Positions 39,730 to 52,374 of a stretch of DNA of 64,000 bases are shown here, one piece after another (within the stretch, counting starts at the first letter, position 1; every line of letters begins with the position of its first letter). Location of the stretch: assembly GCA_025786725.1 (NCBI GenBank), contig JAHLTZ010000031.1, positions 249,222 through 313,221 on the forward strand, read 5' to 3'. This DNA is from Syncephalis fuscata S228. Its lineage: Eukaryota > Fungi > Zoopagomycota. The notes beneath the pieces are model-generated. The model searched no databases, was not told the DNA's origin, and worked only from the letters and a program-made list of their open reading frames with translations. The position numbers were made by a program, and so were the translations under genes.

Positions 39730-40842
39730 TTATAATGCTTTATAAAGACCTGCTGTCTCTATATACTCGATGACTGGATCAGGCAATAAATATTTTATCG
39801 ATAGACCTCGTCGTAATAGTAATCTATAAATAGACGATGAATATGATGATGGTCTTTATTTACTTCTTACCTAATCTTTGTTGAACTAACATCGTTCTGT
39901 ACCACTTGTTTAACAATATGTATATTATTCTATCCAGTTATTAGTATTATAGGTATAAATGAACTATGAATAGATAGTTACCTGATGTTTATATAGAATA
40001 TCATGATTTAATATGATTTGCCATAAATCAGAACCATCTCGTTCCACAACCACACAACCAAATTGACCCAGAATAGTATGCATCTAATATAATTAGTATA
40101 TATAATTAGTATATATATATAATATAATATAAATATAAATATAAACTTACATCAGGTACTGACCATAGATTAGGTACATTCATCGAATCTATTAAATCAG
40201 CACCAGCTAGTAACATTACTCTAATGGGTCGCTTCTTTGTATTTGTTAATGTATCGACCAATACACCTCCATCTTTATTTAGACATCTATTGAATCGTTC
40301 TAATACACGGGCACTGGGTAGATGATCTGGTTGTTGTGACTCCCAACGATCTACACTGATCCAATTGGATGTATCATTATTGACGGCCAATTCACACATA
40401 TTGATACGATCTACAGCAGATGCTAGATACTTTTTACCATACGCATCGTTGACGGGTGAGATATAACCAGCAAGTACTTCATACTTGTTAGTAGTATGTA
40501 AATAGTCACGAGATATTTCTATTAATAATAGTTGTATATATTATAGATATATTATAATATGAATAGATGAATGGATGAATAGTTACCAAATAGACGTAGA
40601 TGAAGATAAGTTATAGGTGAAAATGAGCCACAGGCTAATAAAACAATAGGTTCTTTTGTTCCATCTAATTATAATAATATTAATGTATAAATGATTAATG
40701 TTTTATTAATGTTTCTATTAATGTTTCTATTAATGTTACCTTGTAAAGTAGTCTTTAATTTCTGGCGTGGAATATCGCCATCACCTTCTAATACACCCAA
40801 AGTATTTGGTGTATTATGAATTGTACTAGTTACTTTACTCAT
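39730..40842 (-). CDS. Nicotinamide/nicotinate mononucleotide adenylyltransferase (NMNAT)
   Basis: LACGSFSPITYLHLRLF, GYISPVNDAYGK, WISVD.WES, LLAGADLI.SM..P.LW, NDVSSTKIR, SIKYLLP. Confidence 0.93.
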
Positions 40843-41096
40843 TGTATCTATTGAATAGAATCACTATAAAGTATATATATATAGTTGGTATATAGTTGGT
40901 ATATAAACGTGTCAATAGATAGACAAATAGAAAGCGTAGACTTACAGAAGAAACAAGTCGGTGTTGTTTGATGAGTAATCCAATATATAATTTATATTAT
41001 ATCTATTAGGGTGTATAAGCCTCTTCTATTACTTTTCGCTTTTGCATTCCTTTCTATCCTTACCGCATTATTTGTCATCTAGTCTATTTGTTAAGT

Positions 41097-42169
41097 ATGT
41101 TAAATGAGTTGAATACAGTGAGTAATAGTGAGGATTCAGTTAATGAATCACGGCGTTTAACGTCTCACTCTTCATCTTCTTCATTATCTTCGGTCTATTC
41201 TTCTTCGTCTGAAGTCATTGATCTTGACGATATTACGGTTGCTACTACTACACCAGAAAATACAACAACAGAAAATACAATAAATACAATAAATACTACA
41301 ACCACTGCTACTTCAGTCATTGCTGCATCTACAACTACTCGGTCAGAATTATTACCAAGTGTAACTTCTACTGTGACCACTTCATCAATTTCTACAAATA
41401 CTACTACATCGACTATTAATTCAACTAATACTGGTGCATCTATAACCACCCAAAATGTTACTAAAAAGGAACCATTTACTGCACCACCATCTATAAATCA
41501 ATCACGATCTAGTCTATTAAAGCCATGTAAGTTTGTATAATTTATAAATAATGATAATGGCTAATAGATATGAATTAGCTATTCCTGCACCTGCCTTTCC
41601 ATCTTTAAATAGTCCACAAAGATCGGCCGGAGATAGGTTGGGGAGTAAACCGGCTAAACGACTTATTAAAGTGCCATTGGAACCTGGCATTCGGCATTAG
41701 ACTGGGCCGTCTTAAATCATCTGGTAAAGATTTACGAGTAAGTTATAATACACATATATATGTATATGTATATGTATCGGTTAATGTTTATTAATGGATT
41801 GAATAGGGCGTCGCTCAACTTGGACGGTATACCCTGGCTGATGTTCGTCAACACCGTACTGAATCTGACTGTTGGTGTGTACTTCATGGCAAAGTATATA
41901 ACATTACAAGTTATATTCCATTCCATCCTGGAGGTAAGTAAAATAAGATGGATATTAATCATGTTAATCATATAATTAGGTAAACGTGATTTAATAGCTA
42001 TTGCTGGTAAAGATGCCACCAAGTTATTTAGTAAGTTAAATGGTAGATAAATAGTCATTATAATTTATTGATTATGGTATAATATGATATAGTGGAGACA
42101 CATGGATGGGTCAATGCTGATATGATGTTGGATCAGTGTTTAGTTGGATTTCTAGTTAGAGATCATTGA
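41097..42169 (+). CDS. Cytochrome b5-like heme-binding protein (Irc21/CYB5R4-N type) with S/T-rich N-terminus; frameshifts near 41685-41710
   Basis: KVPLEPG-(H)SALDWA, DCW....GKVYNITSYIPFHPGG, AGKDAT.LF, HGWVN...ML..C.VGFL. Confidence 0.85.
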
Positions 42170-42277
42170 TTAGATTGATGTAGTTTTTATTCTATTAGAT
42201 ATTAAATAAACATTGTTATTTATTTATTTTTCTTATAATTTTCTTTCTTTTTGTGTGCGTATTTTTGTTATTTGACT

Positions 42278-42805
42278 ATGAATGAAGCAACGGCTACTAC
42301 ATTTGTACGATCACTTTATCGTCAGTTATGGCGGGCATGTAAACCAGCAGCAGATCACCGTTCTAGTGGTATTCGTGTTCTACAAGGCCATGTACGCCAT
42401 TCATTCCGTGAAACGCGTGATGTAACTGATCCCATTACCCGTGAGGCACTACTAGAACGAGGTAATAGATACTGGATAGTTTAAAAGTGATGTAATAATG
42501 AATTAATGTTATTTAGGTGAAAACACACTAAAGTTTTTACAATCGGCAGCCCATAAAAATAGTACAGAACAGCAACTAGTAGCCAATCTTATTTCCATTA
42601 ACATCTATCGTAATAAATATAGTGAGCGGTAAGATAATAGTTATAATATTAGTTGTATAGTATAGTATTAATCGATGTATTTATTAGATCGCCAATATCA
42701 CGACAATTAAAGCCAAAAGAACAATCTATACATGATGATACATATGCAGCCTATGATCAAATTGTTGCCGCTCTTAATGCCACATTCAATCTAGGATTAC
42801 GTTAA
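42278..42805 (+). CDS. LYR-motif-like small (mitochondrial) protein
   Basis: VRSLYRQLWRA...VRHSFR motif; three exons with canonical introns. Confidence 0.65.
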
Positions 42806-42961
42806 TATATATATATATATATATTACAATTGTTTGTTTAATAACTTTATAAATAATAATAATTAGAATTAATGATCATATTAATGTAAACCGATTAATT
42901 GGTATTTATTGATAACGAAATGTGTCTACCATGATATACTATGTGTATGAAATAGAATTAT

Positions 42962-44031
42962 CTAAGCCATTAAACTAGTAAAAATACTGGTCACTGCTAC
43001 AATGCCAAATGTAGCAATGGTAGGTAGAATTGAGCCATTAGCGCCGCTACAGTCTGGGCACGATGCACCGCCAAGATAAAGAGAAAATTCCTTGGAGAAG
43101 GTCATAAGACGGCCGGCTGTTTCGGTGACGTTGTTACGACCACGTTCGTCATAAATGTAAAGGTTGTATGAACCAGCAGCTAGCGAGAAGCCAGCGGCTT
43201 GGGCATCCCATGCACCAGTATCCCAATTGAACTTTGATGGATTGCTATAGCCGACCGTGCCAATAATAAAGAAGTTTTTATTTGCACGAGCAATTTCAAT
43301 GGTCACGTTCTTTGGCTTAATTCTTAAGGTGGTCTCGTCGTATTTCCACTGGAAATTGATAACTTCACCAATACGGAATTTTGGTGTTTGTTGCCAAATG
43401 AATGCTGGTTTTTCCAATGTAAGAATCGAGGGAGGATCATCAAAATTGATATTATCTTCATCTGATCCACTGCTGCTATTGCCATTGCCGTTACTATTGC
43501 CATTACTGTTACTATTGCCATTACTGTTGCTATTGCCATTACTGTTGCCGTTGCCATTACTGTTATTGCCATTACTGTTGCCGTTGCCGTTGCCGTTACT
43601 ATTGCCGTTGCCGTTGCTATTCTATTGCCGTTGCCGTTGCTATTGCTATTGCCGTTGCTATTGCTATTGCCGTTGCTAGTTGCCGTTGCCGTTGCTATTG
43701 CTATTGCCGTTGCCGTTGCTATTACTATTGCCGTTGCCGTTGCTATTACTATTGCCGTTGCTATTGCCATTACTGCCTGTACCACTGCTGTTTTGTGGCG
43801 CTATTTATCACAATGTTAGTAAGTATATATTGTCAAATGAGTAAAGCATAGATTTAAATAAACCAATGCAAATCAAAGGATAAACTTACAACGTGCAAGT
43901 AGATTGACTGAATGTCCACTAGCTGCAGTGGCAGACACTAGGCCGTCTGAAAGATTGGACTGTGCATTAAACACAGCAAGAGCAAGAACGCACGCCACCA
44001 AAGTGGTGCGTCCAAATAAAAGTTTAATCAT
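42962..44031 (-). CDS. Secreted, probably GPI- or TM-anchored cell-surface protein with an Asn/Gly/Ser repeat linker
   Basis: Signal peptide MIKLLFGRTTLVACVLALA; intron; (NGNSNS)n tract with a 1-nt break near 43621; domain P.FRIG..INFQWKYD...WDT..W...YNLYIYDERG...GRL; hydrophobic C-terminus. Confidence 0.75.
43472..43776. repeat. Coding 6-bp-unit repeat (TTGCCG/TTGCTA/TTACTA)n
   Basis: Low-complexity hexamer array encoding N-G/N-S on the minus strand. Confidence 0.9.
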
Positions 44032-44894
44032 GCTATAGGAATGATGAGAGGTTTCCGTTGAGTGTATATCGAGGGGAAAAGCACTGAGTATGGCTGGCTA
44101 AAATAGCGCTGTATTAATTAAGGATAGGTAGCACACAGGCTGTATGGAGAGAAAATAAATGTAAGAAGGAAGAAAGACCAAACGAGAGGAGGCGGAGAAG
44201 GAATGGCCTTCAAAAGTCGGTGATTGGCCATTAATAAGGAGAGATTGCCGCTGTTCACGTTTGGCACTTATGCAGCATGTACTCGCGGTCAAACTGCCTT
44301 TTTTACGTTGTGCCAAAACAAGTATTACGTTGTTTGCAGCCGATGCTACCGAATAAAAAAAGACTGGCAAATTCGTTTTAATTGATATAAATAATGTTTG
44401 TAGAATGTTGAATAGCGGGCCTTTAAGCATGTATAGGATGCATGCGGCGTCAATACTTTACAGTCTATCCATTTAGATTACACAAGTGCTACTGGAAATA
44501 TAAATGAAGCACATAGGCAATAAATAGGCGTGTAGTTTTAATGTTTGTATTGACTGTGTTGCTGGCACTGTACGTCTATGATGATTGCTGTAACATTGGT
44601 TATTGATTCAATTGCCGATATTCGTGGCACACATGTATCCAAGATGCTGATAGCAAAGGCGGTCAGGTAAAAATAGCAGCCAATACAGTATTTGCTAGAC
44701 TATAGTATCATGATTATACTGCATGCTGTTCTAAATTGAACGATCAATTACTATTAAATGGCGATATGTTTAAGCAATTTGCCGGACTAATTGGTGTTAT
44801 GTCATTTTATTTTGTAGTATAATATGATTTACGTATATCTATGTATATTAGAAAGCAGTAAATAAGAAGATTTGTTATTATGGCCATCATAGTT

Positions 44895-45741
44895 CTAGCA
44901 CCATGTTACAGCAATAGCAGCTAGTGTTATAATTGTTGGTAATAGTAAATGTTGTATTGCTTCAAAACTTAGATCACCAACCATGCTTGACTTGCTGTTA
45001 CGACGCAGTGACGGTGCAGCCGATTCTAGACAAGCAACACAAATACCAGAGCCAGGATTATAGAGATAAAAGTACGTGCTACTGTATGGCGATAAACGTC
45101 CATTGGAGCTAGTGCCATTACCGTCTCGACCACGCTCATCAGAAATAAACAGATAGTAGCGCTCCTCTGTAAGCAGATAGTTTTGGTCTTGGTCGTTCCA
45201 TTTTGACGTCTCCCATGTGAACGTCGTTGGTTGGTAGCTGATATTGGCAATGGTAACGTATTGGCGTCGGTCTCGTGTTATTTCAAAAGCCAAATATCTT
45301 GGTGCAATATGAAGATATTCATCGTATTTCCACTTGAAAGTAATATTGCTGCCAATAGCGTATCTTGGCACTTCTCCCATAGTAAGTGATGGCTGCTCCA
45401 TAATAAGTCGTCCAGCAGGCTCATCCTTTTTTACTGGCCCCGCATCTTGATCTGTATTTTCGTCTTTTGTATCGTTTTTGGATGGTTTAGTTTCTTGTGC
45501 CTTTGCTTTATCTTTATCTTGTTGCTTTGCATTATTTTTGTTTGGAGTGGGGTCACTATTTTGCGGAGCTATGTTGTTGTTGTAATTAATAAAGTTAATA
45601 ATCATTATTGCCATTTTAATCATAACAAATATACTTACATCGAGCAAAAATATTACGGTGTGCGTCTGTTTCTGCCGCTATTGCAATAACTAGACAGAAA
45701 AGTAGCACCGCAACATAGATTAGCGGTTGCTTCTGAAACAT
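44895..45741 (-). CDS. Tandem paralog of the 42962-44031 cell-surface protein
   Basis: Signal peptide MFQKQPLIYVAVLLFCLVIAIAA; intron at the equivalent position (AR|xPQN); same domain PRYAIG.NITFKWKYD...WET..W...YYLFISDERG...GRL; C..C and hydrophobic tail. Confidence 0.8.
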
Positions 45742-46608
45742 AATAACCAAATTATTGACAATAATAACTTATAATAAAATAGTACGCTTTCAATTAGTTT
45801 ACAAAACTGGGCAGTATATACTGATGACAATGTCCAACATGTACACACTCGAGATTCTTGGATTCAATTAGAAGCTACGGCTTTAAAAGGGGCCACTGCT
45901 GTTATCATTGACAGTAGTCAAAGAAAGACAAAACGGCTACACTTTCAAAAGGAGGGCTGACTAGGATGGCGCTATTATGGCCGCCAGGTCAAGTAGTAAA
46001 AATAATAGTAGATACGCACACAATTAATGGCGTAAATAAGGGGAAATAGCGTACTTGCTAAGTAATTTATGCTGCTGTAGAGTTCAAGGGGTCTAGTAGA
46101 CGATATTAGGTGTGGATAGCAGAAGGATAAGCTTTTAACAAATAAAGGTTATGTGTTCTACAGCTAGAAACTATAGTGAGGTGTAGAACAGAATACGGTG
46201 AAAAGAAAACGAAAACACATGGCCGTGATGTGTGTGTATATGTGTGCGTGTGTGTGTGTGTGGCTAGAAAAGGCCGAGTTGATGTTCGATGGGCTTTGCT
46301 CATAAATTGGTAGAATCCAGTGACATGCGTGACCGTCTGCATGCGAGCATGGGTGGCTGTTGGCCGTTTCATTGGTAGATTGAGACGGTGTGCTTGAACA
46401 GACGGTTTTGTTGTCGTTAGGGATTACATTCCTTTAATGATACTTGCAGCAAGTAGGCTGCTGGACACCAAGGGACGCTAGAGCGTAGATCTTGTCGTAC
46501 CGTTCACTGACCAGCATGATAAAGTGTAGCCTATTTATAAACATACGAGATGGCTTGTGCCCCTTCTGCTTTTTCTTCTCAACATGCCAGATTGTTTTCC
46601 GCACCACC

Positions 46609-49600
46609 ATGTCGTTTCAACACTATGAAGATGTTTGTCGGAGCCATTTGCACCTACTCGAGCAATGGGAGGCCTCGGGCCGGGCTCTAGCTCAAAAGCA
46701 AGCCAGCTATCCAATGGCCAGTGATGAAAATGATGAGCTGCGACTACGTCATGAAATTGAAGCAGCTGACCACGAAACGAAGCGTTGGCTCAATCAAGCA
46801 ATTCAATCCTGGTGTCATTTGGCGCCATTACTCTACATTGCCTTTCTTGATTACCGCGAAGCATCGGGCAATCATTTAATTATGGCGCAGAATGAACTTG
46901 CCAAAGTCAGTCTTGGTGAGCAATCATGTATAATTCAGGATATTCTAAGTGCCAATGAAGCTGGCTATGTGCCTCGATTTCAATCATTGTACTTGCAACT
47001 AAGCCGGCCACCTGCTGGTTGTAAGTCATAGCTATGATACTATCGGTTCTACAAGACTAAACTCATTATAGGGCCACACCACTATTTTCCTATTAGGTAG
47101 GCAAACTAGATGGCGGATTAGTCGGTTAGTAATTAGCGATAACATATAGATTAAACGAACGAGATCCATGGAATAGTTTTTTATGTGACAATCAGATACA
47201 AGAACAGTCACTTTTATTGAATTAAATAATTTAGTAGTTCATTTAGAATGTCCCATAGTAGGTGCCATGCTTCAGGAGCTTACTGCTTTGCGTAAACGGT
47301 TGGTAAGTAGTAGGTTTATTTTAATAATGGCAGCTATAGATTATACATATGTAGTGTCAAACTGTTTTACCAGCAAGTTTAAAACATGTTTATGCACAAG
47401 ACAATATACCAGTCAACGTGAATGGCAATTATGGTAAATTATTCTTTATTGGTAATCAACACGAACTAGATAGTATTGATTTTCATGTGAGCCAGCTACA
47501 GCAAAAGCCCAATAATGTCCGCCGCCTTCGTATGGCGTATCAACGTCGACACATTATTGCAGCAATTTTCGATCCTGTTATGCGATCTCTAGCCAGCTCG
47601 GACCCGGGTATTCGTCCAATATGGTAATGCATCTTGTCTATAATACTTAATACTAATGTATTATGAATAGGAAAGAGGAGTTTTATGGCAATCTGGCTAC
47701 CTTTTACAACGTTGAAAATCAAGCAGAAACATTTCGATTTCCATTTACGCCGACACTGGCCATAGCCATTCCTTACGATGTTTATCGTTGTCCATTAGCT
47801 CAAAGGGCCGGTATAAGCTATCAAGGAATGGCTCGTAAAGAGGTTGGCGAGTTAGGATTTTATATACTAGAAGCGGTGGATGACGCACAATGTGATATAC
47901 AGCAAGCCAAGTAAGTGTAGTAAATACGTATTTAATTATTAGTTGTATAACAAATGCGTGTAGATCAAAGTTTTTTGTTCAAATGATTACTGCTGTTTGC
48001 GGACAGGAATTAGTGTGTGGCGGTTTAATTGATGCACAGCATACTTATAAGCCATTTTGTATGGGTATATTACTTACTAATACACAAGTCCAGTTTTATT
48101 TGGCTGCCCGGCGTCTAAAAGGTAAAATGTCGTGTGTATCTTTAATTATAATTGATAATAACACTATAAATCATATGGTGCTAATCGTTAGTTGATTCAC
48201 CCTTTGAGATATATCACTATGCTAGCTGTGATCTGTATAGCGTTGATAATCGTGGCAAACATTTTAATGGCTCAGGCCTTATTCAAGCCTCTGTATTATT
48301 TAGAAATCAAGTGGATATGATACGAAGGCATTTGCAGCATTTCGAGGCGACTCCTAGTCAGCAACATGCTGGCGAAAATGTTAATGATGGCTTTCATGAT
48401 TACCGCACGGTAGTTCAACGGCTATTGGAACTGTCGGCCTTGCCAGAACTCAAGGCGGGTGATTTTGTACGTGTTGGTAGTCGAGATAGCATTATATCCA
48501 TTTGTAGCACTGAAGGGGAAAAAGAAGCGGTAAATGATGATATGATGATCGACGATGACCGTCACCGTCATTCGCCATTAAAGATGCTAGCCAAGAAAAG
48601 CTCAATTAGTCTTGAAAAAAGAATAGCGCAAATTACCGGAGATGCTGAGGAATTACAGACATTAGTAGCAAATTATGTAAAGAATAATAATTTAATGGCA
48701 AGACTAGTCCATATACATATGATTGATTCGGCATATGTTAATGCTGCCAAACATGTAAGCTAAATATACTTATACTAGTATATTTATTGATAAAAGTAAT
48801 AGAAATGGCGCTTTTTGGTTGAAGACAATCAAGGACGACAACTTTATATTAGGCTATCACAGCATCGGGTAGTTAGACTTGAACAGCTTGAGGTTAATGT
48901 GCGACTTCAGCGTAGTAATGCACTACACGGAAGATTAACGACTATCCGACATGTTGGCTATTTACTTGGTATGCAACTTATAGCTGCAGACTATATTGAT
49001 CAACGCTATGGATTTCCGCAGAATCCATATGAACTTGCACACTACATAATTGAACTGGCTAAGGTACTATTTTATAACATTGTTTATATGGTTAACCTTT
49101 AGTATTTAGACATTAACGATTTTCCATGAAGAATTTGGTATATGTTATGGCAATTTAAAAGCATGTCGAGTATTGGCCGTGAATGTCAGTGGACAGCTAC
49201 CGGCAATACTATTAAACAACGCCAGCACCTTTTGCAGTGTAGGGGTAGAGTAAGTGATCAAATACAATATTAATTAGCATAGTATGCTAATAGCAATATT
49301 TATAAATAATGTTCAATAAACAGCAATGCAGGCACTGGATATGTCAGCGATGTATTGGCCCTTGGGCAGCTTGCTCAATATCACCTTCAGGTATGGCGTA
49401 CTACGTTCATGGTAACAATAGTATAACATTATTTGTTTTGAATTAGAATGAGAACAATCGACATGTTGCACTTGACAATTTAGTTCAAAGCATGCTGACT
49501 TGTGTGCCAAAACAGCAATTGCCCATGCGCAGTATAGTATCACAACTAGACGGTTTAATGCCTCAAATATATAAACAGCATATAACTATGGAAAAGCCGG

Positions 49601-49868
49601 AATTAACAAGGCTTGAGCGTCAATTATCGATGCATGACATTTTAGCTAATGTAATTTATTGTTTGCCCATATTATTAATTACTAATTAGCTATGTTTTAT
49701 TCTGCTTAGATGTCAAGTAAAAGTGATTCTTCATTAAATATAGCTTCTTGTCGCCATGTTCGTAGTATGCCACTAAGGAAACGTGCCAGTCGATTGTCAG
49801 CACACTCGTTGTCAAAGGAGATAAAACAGCCGCGTTTTGGTGAATCTAACATATTTTGTGACAATTAA
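46609..49868 (+). CDS. Large multi-exon hypothetical protein with a degenerate kinase-like C-terminal region
   Basis: Chain of exons with canonical introns. IFHEEFGICYGNLK resembles a degenerate H....H.DL(K) loop; D...LG.L follows. Confidence 0.55.
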
Positions 49869-52374
49869 GCGATGATGATTTAATTAGAATATGGGATATA
49901 TTGTACTTTGAGTTTATATCCTTAAACTGGGATAAAATAGTCCGTAATTCGAATAGTAAACCGTTGATCAGTTTTTAATATCATATTAGTGTTAGTAAAT
50001 GTAAATAGTATTCATGTTACTTACAATAAAATATAAAAAACAGATAAAAGTTAATTTATATTATTGTTACTGTAAAGTATTCAAAGTGTTATAATTCGAC
50101 ATTTAATATAACACCATTTAATTCCATGTTTAGTGGAATAACAAATATGTAATTAATCAAGGATGTCAATTTTAATCTTTTACACTGACTCACATGAGTC
50201 TACTAATAAATTATTTAATATTATGTATAGTTACAGCAATTTCTATCATTTCTTATTTACTCATTTCACTCTTCTTTTTTGATACTTTTAAATACAATTA
50301 AATATCCATTTATTACTATAACATGCATAATATTACATTCAGAATTAATTAATTCATGTGTAATTAATTAATTAAATTTACTATTTTTTTAATATATATA
50401 TTGTCATTATGATATTAATTGTTCAAATCCCATTTATTTAGTCAGATTGACTATAGTGAGAAGTGGTTGTTTAATAAGCGACATTTATAATAATTATATT
50501 AATATTGCTCTTGCATCGCAAATATGTCCAAAATGCAACAGTAGAAGAATAGAAAATAAAAGAGACCATTTAGATGCAATAATCAATGATGTACATAGAT
50601 GTAATAACAACAAATGCGAAATAACATGAAATCAATCATATGATTTTATTAATATTCGATCAATTTTTCTACGCAGGGCCAACAACAATAACAACAATCA
50701 ACTTCAAATGTTTCAGCGTAGTAAATGAAAACATTATAACTATGTTCTTGTACATAACAGCATGTTTTCAATTGAAACCAATTTTGCTTTAGGACTCAAA
50801 ATATGAAATTCAAGGCAAAATAGGGGAATTTGAAAAAGCTAAAAATGCTTGATAGAAAAAGCTAATTACAATAAATGCAACAAATTCTAATTTAAAGTTT
50901 CGCTTATTTACGTAATTTGGTTCATTGTAACAACATCAACAGCAATGCCAATCGTATTTTATTTGGTAAAGACTTTTAACAATATACTTGTGGCAAATGC
51001 AACTCAAAAAATACAATACAAAAACATGCTATGTAAAGATTAGCACTAATTGTGTTGAAACAGTAGTTGATGCTGAAACAAACGTTTTTATTGAATAAAT
51101 ACAAACTACTAATGGAACAACTATCAAAATAAATAAATGTAATACAAACAAAAATAATTTAATTAATAAATATTTTTAGATTTTGAATTTAACCAATAAA
51201 TAAGATTAGATTGGTTTAGAGTATTTAAATATCAGATATAGCAATTAAATAATTCCGAATTACATAAGTGTTATTGCTTTGATCAACTTAAATTAATTAG
51301 TTAATGTATCAAGCAAGAGTGAAGATGTGCAAAATAAAACCGTCAACATGGTATTTGTCATTGATAAGCTAAACAATCTACTCGTAACATCCATTTTAAA
51401 TGTCGCAGTAGTCGCTCCAATGTTCAATTTAAAAACTGTGGAACATGGGAAAGAAGCTTAAGAGGTGCTGTGGCGGATCATTTAACCACTTGATTTGTAT
51501 TAATCTTATAATATTTATTAACTAAATAAAGAACTTTTTCCACAATATTAGCATGCTATTGGTTGTTTATGTGATTTGGCAGTTAAATAGCTATAATAGC
51601 CACACATTTAAACTAAATATCCTGTTATTGAAGATGAAACTGGTGTGAGTGTCATTGGTTATTAAACTATTTAGTTATCATTATTGTTATGCTGCACATA
51701 TCTATCCTGTATACATATACTATATGCCGTCTATATCATTAATATTGTATATTGCAAAAATATATTAAAAAAGCTAAAAGCTTATTGCTAATGTATTCTT
51801 TTAGCAGATCTTGATCCATTTCGTTCATCGCTCTTGGTCATTGCATACAGATAGTTTACCATCACTATTCACATTGATTGCTTATTTATTTTTTATAATA
51901 TCTATGCTTATTGCCATGTTTTATAGAAAGCGTTTTTATTTTAATTTCAGCATAATATTTTTGGCTATATGATGCTGATAGCTTTGCTACTATCCATACC
52001 AATCTATGTTTATAGCTAATACAACATAATCGCACATGTCTTTTGTTATTTTAACTATTTAATTAATAGTTTCATATTGAATAAAATAGAACATGATTAT
52101 AGATATAGCAATTTGATTGTATATAGCTAAGATGAACCATAAGTTTATTACTATAAGCTTGCACAGTTGAATAGAAACAACTAGATGCAAACATGTTGGT
52201 AACATAATGATTCCATTGATTAAAGACTGGATAAACCGGAGCATTGGACAAAACTTGATATATAAATAGACTGGACGGTGTAGTTGTCAAATGGTCTTGC
52301 TTTTTACCGAATATATACCTAAATTGTATTGGACTAGTGGCTTGATTGCACTACCAATGCTGATGTCCTTATGC

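Noticed and set aside
43257-43819. Leu/Pro-rich and Ala/Thr-rich ORFs
   Set aside because: They are alternative frames or the antisense of the Asn-Gly-Ser hexamer repeat.
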